DNA of 63,082 bases, counting the filler, from Reclinomonas americana ATCC 50394 (taxonomy: Eukaryota): NCBI GenBank assembly GCA_048213135.1. It is 8 parts of 4 records of this genome, joined end to end, with 100 filler letters (N's around TTAATTAATTAA, not from the genome) between each part and the next. Parts side by side here need not be neighbours in the genome. Positions count along the whole stretch, not along the records: positions 42,018 to 46,089 come from PS015285.1; positions 46,190 to 53,771 come from PS015285.1; positions 53,872 to 58,711 come from PS015286.1; 5 more parts are not named here. One strand, written 5' to 3'. Shown here one piece after another: positions 43,848 through 56,800 of the stretch. The notes under the pieces are model-generated. The model was not told the origin of the DNA and did not search any database. It saw only the letters and a list, made by a program, of their open reading frames with translations. Numbering within the stretch: position 1 is the first letter of the stretch; each line of letters begins with the position of its first letter. Both the position numbers and the translations under genes were made by a program.

Positions 43848-46089
43848 TCACCGCCCACCACCACCACCACCCAGCATTTTCTCGCTCAATTCGGGCGACA
43901 GGTCAGGAGAAACCGCCAGTGGCGACTGCAGTGTGAACGACGAGCACTGGGCACCGAGCTGCAAGGCGCGCGCCAGACTGGCACCTCGCACCACACCCGT
44001 AATGACACCGGCGGCCAGACTATCGCCAGCGCCCGTGGTACTGACGATGGCGCGTACTGAGACAGCCGGTACGCGCACCACTTGGTACGATTTGCCGTTG
44101 GCGAGAGTCTTGCTGGAGGCACCGTCGGCAGCGCTGGCGGTGGTGCTGACCACGAGTGCACCTTGCGGGCCCGCCGTCGCCACCACCGTGCGCACGCCGA
44201 TTTCTGTGACAAGGAGCGCCGCTCGTTGCTCCAAACCCGTCAGTGACGTGCTGTCGTCTGCGCCAGCAACGCAAAGTATGAGAGATCGTCGAGTGCCCTC
44301 TCAGCAGCTACAATCTCGGCGACAAGAACCTTTCGGGACCTTGCGGCGATCAATGTATCCCAGTTCGACACACGCGGCAACCAGCGTGTCGATCTCCATC
44401 TCGTTGCCCTTGAGAATGTCCACGAGTGGCAGCAGATTCTGCTCGCGACTGACCAGCTTGCGACATCTGTCGGCCGACGTGGCCTCAAACATGCCTGCAC
44501 TCACACGGTTGGTGAGAACAATGCACAAAACAACCACTGCACAGGCGACGCACAAGTGACGCCATTCTCACGGCAAAACGCCAATGTCCACGCAATGGTC
44601 TCCAGTGGCACATTGGCGTCGAGTACAACGATGCGCGCATGCGCGAGTGCCTGGCTATACTTTTCCACCTGCAACCAAAAAAAAGTGAGAGATCAGCGAC
44701 ACCAAAAAACGACAAGGGGGGACCGATGGACGCAACGAATGATGGGTCCACCATTTGCATGGTGTTGGCGTCGGAGATGCCGGCAACGAGATCGCCGTCT
44801 TCGCCGAGAATGCAATTGAAGCATGTGGTTGAAGCGCGAGATGGATCCACACGGCGGATGCCGAGATTCGACTGCGCACAATTCGACGAGATGAGAAGCC
44901 TGCCAGTGGCAAGTCATGATGCATTTTTTCGCTCGATGCGTACCAATTGCATGGCCTCGTGCTCCGCCAACACATTCTTTCCGTACAGGTCGTCGGCGAC
45001 GGCAGAGAGCAGCAGCACCTTGGTGCCGAGACGATGCGCAGCTGTGTAGAGAGAGCATCGCGTGAGGCGAAGCAAAGCATAATGGCGAAGCAGCGGGGCG
45101 AAAAAGACCTTCGGAAATGTTGCGACCGACACCTGCCACACAGAAGCACAATGAGTGAGCAGCCAGTCACACAGACAAGGAAGCGTGCAGCGTCGGTGTT
45201 GGTGCACCTCCAAGGGACGTGCGTACATGTCCGATGGTGGACGAGTGGAATAATAGCTTGCCGTTGGGCACGCCAGTAATGTCCACGGCAGCTGCGACGC
45301 CATGCGAGTGTCACACACAGTGGCCATGTATAACACACGCACTCAATCATTCGCGCGCGCACACACACACCTCCACCGATAATAACTGCATCCCACGATT
45401 GCTGGTTGGCCACACTGCTGTCACTCTCGCACGCAGGCGCGCCCGACACGCTGGACATGCGGAGGTTCGAGAACTCGACTGCGATGCGCGAGCCGACTCG
45501 TGCATTGTTGTGAATCAACTCGATATGTGGAACGCAGTCAAGGGGACAACTGAAACAAAGACGATGGATCACGCAGGCGAGACAACAAGGATATTGGCTG
45601 CCAGACTGGCGCCCTTGGTGAGCTCGTTGACTCTGCCGAGCAGGAACGGCGTCACCTCGCGACCGCCAATATGCTGCGCTCTGTGCACACTGTTGATGAG
45701 CAAGACAGTGACATTGTGCTTGCGTGCACGCGCGCGCGCAGAGACACAACTTGGCCTCCTCTAACGCCTGCGCAATAGCCTTTTCAATCACTTGCGTTCG
45801 CTTCGCCGACTCGGTGGGCACCGGCACCGCCACCACCATACCCGACTGCAGGCCAAGCAGCTCACTGCGATCTGTGTTTACAGTACGAAGTGAATCACAC
45901 GCTGAAGGGTGATGGGTGGGGGGAGGAGGAGGAGATGTCGCGGCATACCAATGGCCGCAGCCACTTCGCCCGGTGTGTCAAATCGCGACGGGGCCTGCGC
46001 ACTGCCGGTGAGCAAGTCTTGTGACGCCAGCAACCACCACTCCATGCACACAATACGCCACCTGGCACCCACTGTGTGGCGTAAAGAAT
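43848..46089 (-). CDS. Bifunctional pseudouridine-5'-phosphate glycosidase (PsuG) plus PfkB pseudouridine kinase (PsuK) fusion; 5' truncated
   Basis: PsuG C-terminus: GMVVAVPVP, AIAQALEEA, GREVTPFLLGRVNELTKGASLAAN, LIHNNARVGSRIA. PfkB: SLGGVGRNI, LLSAVADD.YG, GDLVAGISD, VLDAN, KGNEMEI, VSTTGAGDSL. Confidence 0.92.
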
Positions 46090-46210
46090 NNNNNNNNNNN
46101 NNNNNNNNNNNNNNNNNNNNNNNNNNNNNNNNNTTAATTAATTAANNNNNNNNNNNNNNNNNNNNNNNNNNNNNNNNNNNNNNNNNNNNTTTTTGTGTGG
46201 GGAACTGTAG

Positions 46211-46521
46211 ATGCGCATCAAACTGAATGCGCTGCAAAAAGCCCGCGAGGGCGACGAGCACACTCTGGAGCGCTCGAAGCGCATTGCGGAGGAGGCGTTC
46301 CAGCGCTGGTCGGAGACGAAGCGCCAGTTGGAGGTGCTGCACGAGACTTCGGCAGTTGAAATTCGTGAATTGCAGGAGCATGTGCGCCGGTTGCAGCAGG
46401 AGTTGGTCGCAGTGTCGCTGGTGCGTGCACGTTCTTGCCTCGCTGCGTGTTCGAGAACCTGCTGACTGCTGCCGCGTGTATGTGTGTGTGTATGCGTGCA
46501 GGCCGAGGAGAACAGGAGATG
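46211..46521 (+). CDS. 3' end of a coiled-coil protein gene
   Basis: Exon after TAG reads MRIKLNALQKARE..LQEHVRRLQQELVAVSL, then a GTGCGT..CAG intron, then AEENRR*. Confidence 0.5.
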
Positions 46522-47371
46522 ATATCGTGGTCGAGAGCGATACCAAGATGCGTGATCACAGTGGCAGATGGTGAAGCAAGCGAAAAAGTATTTATCGCGG
46601 GGGGTGCAAGCGGTAGATTCAGAGAGGTCAAGTTTGTACGGGGGGTGGGGCTCTGGGGGTTCCGCATCAGCAGCAGGTGCGAGACAGTGACCGGCACACC
46701 GCGCGCTGCGGCGCGAAAGTGGACTTCGGACAGAGTGTGTGGGCATGTGCCGACAAACGACCTCTGTTCGAGACAGCTGCCGTGAGTTTCCGCATCGCTA
46801 ATCCGCGTACACTGCTGGAGGCTGGAGGCCAAGGTGCTTCTGGTGGAGAGGATGCGAATTTCGTTGAACCCCCACAAGAACAAAGCGAGGGCATTTTTTT
46901 CGCATCGTTTGATGCTCTGACACATTCATACTAAAGTCGGCATGTAAAGCAGGACCACGAGAAACTGGACACTGGGGATTCCACGCACAACGCCATGCTG
47001 ACAACAGTGACGGGAAGCTCGGCGGCGAGAAGAGGACGGCGCCGGTGCAGTATCCCAGGAGATTTGTGCACTTAGCATATCGAACGTTTGGACAACAAAA
47101 ATGTCCAAATCGACCGTGATCTCGATGAAGCGCCGCCCACACGCACGCACGCAGGCACGCACCCTCGCCATACCACGCGCGTGCACTCCGCCAGCTGAAC
47201 GCACCGCTCAGCGCACGTGCGACACCTTGTGTTGGATGCGGATACGTTCGTCTGAAATGATGCGTTGGAATGACAAAGAATCAGCTGGATTCCAGCCGAT
47301 GATGCACCAGCACTTTTTTCATCTCAATCTGCGAGAGAAGACACCACCCACCCCCGTACCACCAAGCAACC

Positions 47372-47918
47372 ATGAATGATCCCTTTGAGAGCCTCCACGC
47401 CGCGTCGTGCACCGCGCGTCACAACATGCAGCATGCTGCGCGGACGTCAATTCCCGCGAATCCCCTGGCCAATGCCCTTCGGTTCGTCCCACATCACTCC
47501 CTCTCTCTCAGTCTCCTCTGCCTCGCGCGCTCACATCCTGGGGTGATTGCGCAGCTGGACTGCTGACGACATGCGTCGCATGCAACGAGCGGGCGGGCTG
47601 CCGGCACAAGCACGCCAATGGGTGGCGTTCGGTGCCGCGTTGGCCGCGCGTGTGGCCGTGATCAACACCCTCTCACCTCAACAACAACAACAAGATTCAA
47701 CTGGCGCTGATCAACCCCCACCTCCACCCCCACCAGCCGTGCGCGTGGTGGCGGACGATATGGACGCGGAGGAGGCGGTGGAGGACCACACACCGCGGCA
47801 CATGGCGTTTCTGTTTTGCCGCCACGTGCTGAGATTACCGGTGATGGCCGAGGCCATGGATGTCGACGTGGCCGTCGACGATGCCGCCATGCGTGTGATG
47901 CCACCGCGTGCCTCGTAG
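47372..47918 (+). CDS. Possible small spliced hypothetical gene
   Basis: Coding-like terminal exon (..RRMQRAGGLPAQARQWVAFGAALAARVAVINTL..QQQQQ..PPPPPPP..RAS*) with upstream GT/AG sites. No family recognised. Confidence 0.3.
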
Positions 47919-48809
47919 GAGAGAGAGAGATAATGATAATTGCTTGTACACAGAATGAAAAATCACCTAATCGGTCTTTGTACGACATTGTTGATGGGGC
48001 AACTGAACACGCGAGGATTGATCTCTTCGGTCGCGGGAGGGAGGTGAAGGAGCACAGCAGGTGGAAGGCGGAGGGGAAAAGAAAGAGAGAAAGGAGGGAA
48101 AAGAGAAAGGATCCAGTGTATTCGCACAATTAGGTTCTATTTTTTTGATTCAAAAGGAGATGCGGGTGTCGCATAGCGGTGCCAGCAATTTTTTAATTCT
48201 GACATGTCCGCTGCAGTGGACCAGCATGTGGTCACGGGTTGAGTGGCCATCAGTGTGTGGAATCACAGCGTGAAAAATGACGACAAAAAAACATAATCTT
48301 TCGAATTCGCGGTATCTTTCAGTTTTGATATTGAAATAATGTGCGGCGGCGACCAACAATTCATGCACCAACAAACCAGCTACACCTTCCTGGGTAAGCA
48401 CGTCCAGCCACAGCGCAAACACCAGCCTTGACAACAGCGGTGTATCTGTGTTCGCTTTCGGTGGTGGTGCTTCGAACAAGACGAGAGAAACAGCGATCTG
48501 CGCATGCATTTCATGACAGCGTGGTTGACGAGATCAAGAGGACACTGCCGATGTCATCTCTTTCTTCCTGTCAGCGAGTGTGATCGCCGCGGGTGCGTTC
48601 ACTTGCGCGTGAGAGCACAACACCATCAGCGCGAGAGTGGTCAAGTCCTTGCTTGTCCACAACACAGCAGTGGATTCAACGCCCTCCCCCATCAGTTAAA
48701 CAACCACAGCCACGGCTGCATTACATTACTACGACACAAGGATAACAGCTAAGAAGAGTTACACATACACATCCTACAACACACATTTTTTTCTCCGTCA
48801 AACACACAA

Positions 48810-50475
48810 TTATATGACCTCGGCGGCAGCAGAGGCGTTCGCGGTTGCAGCAGCGACGGCGGCGGCAAGAGCCGAGTTCAAGCACGATGATGATGACTCG
48901 TTGCTGGTGGTGGGCTTGACCGGCGACGAGACCATGCCTGGCGACGGCGACGAGCCGTTGCCGGTGGACGACGACGACGATGACGACGGCCACTTGAGCT
49001 CGTACCGCAGGCTGCTGTCCTCAAAATCGGCAATGTGGGCGTNNNNNNNNNNNNNNNNNNNNGGATCCACCCGCACAGCACCGTGTCGGTGACCATGAGC
49101 TGCCACTCGAGCAGGCGCAAAACCTCACGCTCGGTGCGGTTCAGCTCCGCCAACGACGCAAACACGCCGAGCTTGGCCCATGAGCGGTTGCGGGCCGGTC
49201 GGTCCTCCAAGAACTTGTGGGCCAGCACCACTCCGACAAAAGCCAGTCGCTTGATGTTGTACATGGTGACGCGCACTGCCGTGTTACGTTCAGCGAGCTT
49301 CCACTGCGCATTGAGGGAAGGAGAAGAAGTCAGTACACCAGTTTGAGTCGCACGCATACAGCAGCTGCCGGAGGTGACGCAACAATGTAGTAGGTAGAGA
49401 GATACACAATGGCGGGCGAGGAGCGCGCTCGTCGGTGGATGCGCGACAAAAAGTCCTCGACCGAGAACATGAGGCGATCAAACGCCTCCGTGGCTCCAGA
49501 ACCGGGCGGTGCCACACACCCTCGCAAAATGTGCACAGCATCGCGAATGGGCTTGGGTGCCTGCGACGTCGCCGTCGCCATGGTCGAGTTCATAACCATG
49601 GACGACTGCGACGGCAGCTTGTCCAAGCCGCTCGCGTACTGCTGTTGTTGCTGTTGTTGTTGCTGTTGTCCAGCAGCAGGTGGTGGCATGCTGTCGATGC
49701 GCTTCATCATGCCGGCAATCTGCGCCGGCACCGACAAGAGCGAAGTCGATGAGGTGGCCGGCGCCGGCACCGGGTGGATGACCTTGACCAACTGAGCGTG
49801 GTCCTCATCACGCAGCTGATCGCGCTGCGTCTTGGACAACACCAGTGGCCGTCCGACCGCTCCACCCGACGCATTCGTTCTCCGATTGGCCAGCATACGC
49901 GCCGTGGCCAGTGCCGAACCGGCCGCACACCTCGCCGACACCGCGGGCGGTGGCGACGGCGTCCGCATGCAAATCGTCGTGTGCACACCATTGTTGGAGG
50001 ACTCCGAGTCCGACGCGTTGCGAATCAGCGGCGTATTCGTCGACGTGTTGCGCTTGGGCGGGGGCGGTGTCGTGCGTCCGCCCACCAATACACCACTGCT
50101 CGTACCAATCGTCGTCGACTCGCCGGCTTGTCGCGTGGCCGGACGGACAGCTTCCGCCGCCACCGCCGCCGCCTGCTGCCGCAACGTCGACGCCGGACGC
50201 TGAAACACCGACAACGTCTGTCTCGTGCCGAGCATCGACGCCGAGCGCGGGCGCGTCCTGCTTGCCGACGCGGCCGCCACCACCTCCGTCACTGCCGTCA
50301 CCGGCTGCGGTCTGAGCACAGCACTGCTGTTGTTGTTGTGGTGGCGTGAGGCTGGTCGCGTGGTGCTCGTGTTGGTGGTGGTGCTGGTCAGTGTGTGAAT
50401 GGCATCGAGGAGAGATCGCGTGCGCGGACTAAAGCCGGCTGCTGAGAGGAGAGTTCCGCTGGTTCCAGTGCTCAT
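48810..50475 (-). CDS. PHO80/PCL-type (cyclin P/U) cyclin with a long low-complexity N-terminus
   Basis: SVEDFLSRI..ARSSPAIVYLSTYYI|WKL..VTMYNIKRLAFVGVVLAHKFLED....NRSWAKLG...LAELNRTEREVLRLLEWQLMV is the PHO80-like cyclin box. Confidence 0.88.
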
Positions 50476-52507
50476 GTTGCTGCTGCACGACGACGAGGAT
50501 TGGGTGAGAATTTGATGATTGTGGAGACAGCGAGACAGACAGACAGAGAGAGTAAACGCCCACCTGCTCTCGAATCAATGTTCGATTGTACGACCTCGTG
50601 CGTGTGTTGACGACGAGGCGTTCTATTGGGAGGCGGAGAGGCAAGGAAGGAAGGAAGGCTTGTTGTTGTTTGTGGAGTGGCGCACTGGCAGAGTCTGTGT
50701 GCGTATTCAATCAGTCATTTGGTACACACACACACGCGCGCGTGCCTTTGTGAATCACACAAGACTCACCCTTCGTCGTCGTTGCACTCTCTCCCACACT
50801 AATGAAAAAACAAACAAGCAACGGCACGGAAGAATCGAGGCTGCGACGAGTTCTTCCGTGGCGTTTGTCTTCCCGCTGAGTATGTGTGTGTGCTGTCTCT
50901 GCGGGGTGTTGCGATTGTCCACGAGAAATTCCGTCCGGATGACGTCATCGCGAGAGGCGTTGGCCGTTGTCCGGTTTTGAGTGGGGTGGGGGGAAAGGAG
51001 AGGTTGAAAGGGAAGGCCAGCAGGTTAAGGTAGAGTGAGAATATGTCGGTGCACGGAGATTGCGTGCGTGCGTGCGGTGAAATGCAGAAAAGTGAATTAT
51101 CGCGAGACGACGATCTCGAAATCGAAAAACTGGCGATTTGCAGCACGGAGCGCTCTTGGGAGAGGCTCGCGGAGTGCGTGTTGAAGAGGGTTTTCTTTAG
51201 ATGCGGTGAGGATGCAGTGCTTTGCAATTCGTTTGGATTCGAATTTGTTCGAATTGCAGAATTCGAATCGATGTCGAAATGCATGGAGGACGTATCACAA
51301 GTGCAGCTGGTATATAACTCTGTGATCTTTACAGCTGCTTGGTATATCAGCCAAGTATACGCGGAGCGGGAATCTGGCATGTGACCATGAATTTCGAATT
51401 TGTTGATCATGAAAACCAAATCGCGATATCAAGTCCGGACTCGCAAAGTCGGGCCCACCGCGGCCTACCCTGGCTTTGGTGACTTGTCAGACCGCATGTA
51501 CGAAGAAGTTAGTCATCCTGGTAGCTACAATAACGGTGTTGCTTGGCCCTGGTTGCAGCTCTTGAATTTGTGACACTCGCAAGCAAATTCGAATGCACGA
51601 GAAAACCTTTCGCTTCTGTCACCTCGAGACTGGTCTTTGTGATGAAGTTTTACACCTGGTTGGACTTGGTCATAAAGGCAGCTGCAATTGCTTGCAATTG
51701 GCCCTGCAGTTTGGAATTCTGTGATCCGGAACTGGAAAGAAAAACACTTCATTCACCACATTCCAATATGCGACAAATGTCCACAAATCCCTTGCCGACG
51801 ATGACCATTGGCACACCAACAATAATCAACACATAGATAAATCTTCTCCAACAGACATCTTCCCTTTCAGGAGACAAAGCCAAGCAAACGCGTGTTGGCC
51901 TCAAAAGGATTTCGTGGCGCAAAATGTTTCAGCATGGGCGCTGTTGCTTAGAATTCGAAAAAATGCATGCCCCGAGTTCTGAATCCAGCCCGCATGTCAC
52001 CTCTCTGCCGCAACAAGCAGCTCCTCTCTTCTCAGATGCCATATGACGTGCACCCCTCCACGCGCAAACAGGGATCGATTGCGAATGCTCACAACATTCC
52101 AACTTCGAATTCTGTCCCAACAACGGCCTGGCAGTGGGAGGCCGTGCACGCCCATCCAAATGCACAACAACCTTAAAAGCCGCAGTTTTCCTTGTCGCCG
52201 AATTGGTTTTACGTGTCGAAGTCAATTGACCGTTGGGGTCGCGCGGGAAATTTCACTGCACAAACTCATTGCGCGCGCACACACACTCGGTGAGTGAAAG
52301 AGAGGCACGCACACACACACGCTCTTGCACACGCACGCACACACACGCACGCACACAGTGACGCACACAAAACTGCACTCTCTCTGTCTGTGTTGTGATT
52401 GTGCTGTTTGCAAAGTCATCGTTTGTTTTTTCGCGCGCTAACGGTCATGTTGTGTGTGTGTGTGTGCGTGCAACGCAGCAAAGGCAACGAAGAAGGTGTG
52501 AGCAAGA

Positions 52508-53771
52508 ATGAGACTGGTGTTGCTGATTGCTTCACTGGCCGTGCTGCTGGCACTGCTGGCAGCGCAAGGAGCGAATGCTGATGGTGAGTGTGTGAGTGAG
52601 TGAGAGAGGGAAGGGTGACCTCATGCTCTCTCTCTCTCTTTCTCTCTGTGTATGCGAGAGCATGTGCGTCTAAGTGTGTGGCATAGAGGGAGGGAGAGAG
52701 AGAGAGAGAGCAAGGGCAATGGTGGCACAGTGTTTGGTTTTGTGAATATGCATGTGAAGGTTGTGCGTGGGAGGATTGTTGTCTGTGATGAGTGTGTATG
52801 AGTGTGAGAGGAGAAGGGTAGCAGTGAGCTTGTGCACTGGCGACTGTTGCTGTTGAGTTTGTGTGAAAAAGGGCGCGCTTGTTGTTGTCTCACACGCTTA
52901 TCTGTGTTCTGGCCGCGTATGATAGTGAGGGGAGAGGGCCGCACTCAGCAGCGTGCACGAATCGTGCCTTGGTTGCTGTGTTGTCTGCGTGCGAGTTGTC
53001 ACAGTGAGCACCATGGGTTTGAGCCAACTAGGATGTTGCTTTTGAGTTCGTGTGAAAAGGGCGCGCGTATGAGGTTGAGAAGAATGCGGACAGTGAGCAT
53101 TATTTGCGAACCGTGCCTTAGTTTATTGTAGTTTCAAGCTTATACGTGTGTTGGGTTTGGGCGAGAGAGAGATTGGCAAGCTGAGCGCGCGTCTTGCTGC
53201 TTGGCTTTGGCGCGTCCCGAGTACTTGCATCGACTTGTCTCGTGGTCTCCGTGTCACTCTTCCTCCCTCCCTTGATTCTCCTTCACTCACACTTGCTCTC
53301 CCTTTCTCGTCTCCCCCGCAGCCACTGGCTTCTCCCCGTTGAACATCACTGCTGGTCGCGCCGATCAGCTCTTCACCGTGCTCGGCACGGTGTTGACGGG
53401 TACGGCGATCAACCTGGAATCGGTTCCTGCCGTCACCGGCGCCAGCACATGCACGGCGGCGGGCGCCGGTGTGCCAATGACTGTCGTATCGGTGTTGAAC
53501 AGCGGCACCACCCTGGTGGTGAAATCGCCGGCGTCGCCGCTTATCCCCAACGGAAATCTGTTGGTGTGGTGCGTCCTTCAAGTACCAGCAAAGCGTGCAG
53601 TGCAGACTCGCAAAAGTCACCCACCATCTGTGCCTTGATGTTTGTGTGTGTGTGTGCGTGCAGCGCCAAGTATGCCGGTGCTTCGGATTACGTCCGTGTC
53701 GGTGCTGGTAGCTTGGGGGCGTTTGCGAGTTGCGTTGCCATCCGTGTACCAGAGAGAGGGAAAGCAGATCT
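52508..53771 (+). CDS. 5' part of a secreted or cell-surface protein (signal peptide plus Ig/IPT-like beta domain)
   Basis: Exon 1 reads MRLVLLIASLAVLLALLAAQGANAD with a GTGAGT donor. After a ~740-nt intron: ATGFSPLNITAGRADQLFTVLGTVL..TCT...TTLVVKSP..LLVC|AKY. Confidence 0.6.
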
Positions 53772-53871
53772 NNNNNNNNNNNNNNNNNNNNNNNNNNNNN
53801 NNNNNNNNNNNNNNNTTAATTAATTAANNNNNNNNNNNNNNNNNNNNNNNNNNNNNNNNNNNNNNNNNNNN

Positions 53872-56800
53872 TGACCACTTGAAGAGAGGATCGTGCACAA
53901 ACACCTCGACCAGCGTCAACAACAACTGCTTCTGCTGTTGCATCACTCGCAGCGTCTCCACCGCGCTCTGCTCGAATACGCCCTCGTACCGACTGCACAG
54001 CAGACCGTCCACAAGGTCGCGAGTGAGACGGAACGGGATCTCCTCCGGCACCGCCAGCATCTTGCCCTGCTCAAAGGCCACACCGAGATCGATGTGCACC
54101 ACCTCCGCAGTGTTCACGTCGAGCAGAATGTTCTGCGAGTGCCGATCACCGAGGCCGACAATGTAGCCTACCATGGAACTCACGGCCACACTGGAGAGGG
54201 TGGAGGTCACATTGGAGTGAAAAATGGTATCACGAAGCACTCACGCCACAAACCTCCGCGTGTAGTTCACCCGGCGCGAGAACCAGTCGCGCACATCGGG
54301 AAAGTGCTCGAAGAAAAAGTGGCGCATGACTGGGTGGAAGCGTGAGCAGACTTCCATGAAGATGTCGAGCTGCACAAAGCAGAGTGAGATCCACAAGAGT
54401 GCGAATCTTGTCTCCCTCGATGGTGTCAAACCTTGCGATCGCTGCTGCATCCGGTCATGACCTCGCGACAGCGAGGATGACTCAAATCACTCGGATACAG
54501 CCGCTTGTGCGCGCCAGTCGCACAATTCTCACTGTCTCACTCGTGTGAGTGGGTGTGGCGGTGAATCACAGCGAGAACGAAATCACGCAACCGTGCTGGG
54601 CCGAGCAAGTACTCGCCAATCGGAATCGTGCGCTGCACCCACTCGAGTACGCCAGTGACGGGGGAGAGAGGAACCACCTGCAATGCAGAGATGTGAGCGG
54701 ACAAGAGACAACCATCAAATGTTGCACACGAGTTGCAAACCTTGTATGTGCGCATCTGCAAGCCACGCTCGCTGGAGCGGCTGTCTTCGCGAAGCAACAC
54801 ATTGACAAACTCAAAGAGTTGCTGCACGACGGCGTCCTGCCGCATGTCATCGTTGCCCTTCACCAGTTGCATGTGGCGCACGTGAGCCGAGTCCAATACC
54901 GTCATCCGGCGCGGCGCATTGATGCCGCCCACCAGTCGGAAATGCTTGTCCATGGTTTGGATGTGCGGGAACTGCACACAGACGACCATGAGCACACACA
55001 CACACAACTCGGAGACGAAGGCACAGTCAAACCTCATCGTCATCGACGGCTGCGCCAGACCGGACGGGCATTTGTGCGGTAATCACTGGCAGGCGGCGCT
55101 CCACGGCCTTGTTCTCCAACATCTCCACAATCTCTCCCAGCAGCGCCGACATTTTGTACTTGGTGGCCGCCGTCGTGCTGCAACATCATGCTGGTGAGCA
55201 CACAACGACGGGAAGCATTGGATATAACCAACACGCACGTGTTGACTTTGACATTTGCCAGCTGAATATAGGCCGGTACCAACTGGTCGAGCGCTTGGAT
55301 GTACTGCCCGGCAGCAGTGTCGGGCTCGCCACGAACACTTTGCAGAATGGCTACACACACAAACGAGGTCAAAAGAGAGCCCGTGGTATGCGTTCGTTTT
55401 CCAGCTGACCACTCACCCTTGGCGGCGGCAACCTTGGCCGGGTCGAATTCGTACGCACTTGCATTGCGCAAACCACTGACGTCGTCACCGCGGCTCAACG
55501 CCACCACGTGACACAGCATGTGATGCGGGTGCTCTCTGCACATGGCCTCGACCAGCGTCCTCACCAGAGCCGACCAGCTTGGCGCTTCGTCAAAGTGCTC
55601 GCCCAGTCGCGATGCAATCTGATAGCCAATGGGCAAGAAGAAGAACAGCGGTGGCTCCACGATCTGTTCCATGGCTTCGTGCACGGGATGCGACACCATC
55701 TCGGCGGCAAATGTGCGCTGCAAGCATGCGCGGGTCAACACACAAGGCATTTCCTTCCACCCGATACTCGCACACTCACCAGCAGGTAGCCGCGGACATC
55801 GGGGACGTTGCGCAGGGAGGCCGACATCATGTGACGATTGTTGTCAAACCACAGTGTGCACAGGCGGAAAGCGCATCGGCGCCATTCACTGCCGCGAAAA
55901 TGAGCACACATACACTCACAAGATGAGTTGAAGCAGCAACAATGGTGGCGAGCACTCACCGCACGCCGAGCCGCAGAGCGGCAATGTACTGATGCACGGT
56001 CTCGACCAGCAACGTGCACCGCTCTTGCAGGAAGCGCTGCACGTTTTCGTTGTCTCGTCGCAACTGCAGCTTCATCGAGCGCAGCACAGAGGTGGACTCG
56101 GATTTGTCTTTCGGCTGACAGGGTGACACAGGAAATTAGGGATCGTGATGAGACACTTGCATTGCATAGCAGGATGCCACGCACCACTGTCTGGTTGCCA
56201 TGGTCGACCGCAGCCTGCAGATCCATCAACAATTGCAGCGATTGCACCCACTCGGCACTCTGAATCACACAAACAACAGTGAGAGCAGGACTACAACCAG
56301 CCCGTTGTCGCACGCCGCACCTGCTCCCGTGCACCCATGGTCTGCAACATGGAATCGTAGACTGCAAATGTGTGCTGGCATGAGGAGCGGGAGGAGAACA
56401 TCGGGAAACGTGCAAATCTACGCAACAGGAGGCCACCATAAAGTGCATCTTGCCACTGGCACCGGCACCACCGTGCGCACTGTCCTCCTGCAGCAGCTGC
56501 AAACCGCGTTGCAGGTACTCCCGACGGATGGTGGCCGGATTCTCCATTCTCGCCTCACTGAGCCAGCCACCGAGCAAGATGCACACCCAACCAGCTTGTG
56601 CACTCGCTGTTGTACGTGAGCCAACACACACGGATGACAAGAACCGCAACCCTTTCTCTTCCTGCGTGCGCAACTCGATGGCACGCCGATTGTTTTGCCC
56701 AACTCCACCAGCACCTTGTGCGCCACAGCCGCGCCCACCTTGAACTGACCAGAGCTCCAGAACGCCTGCACAAAAAAGAATGCACTCACCAGTTGACATG

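Noticed and set aside
51238-51270. Heat-shock element
   Set aside because: TTC and GAA are directly adjacent, lacking the nGAAnnTTCn spacing of a canonical HSE.
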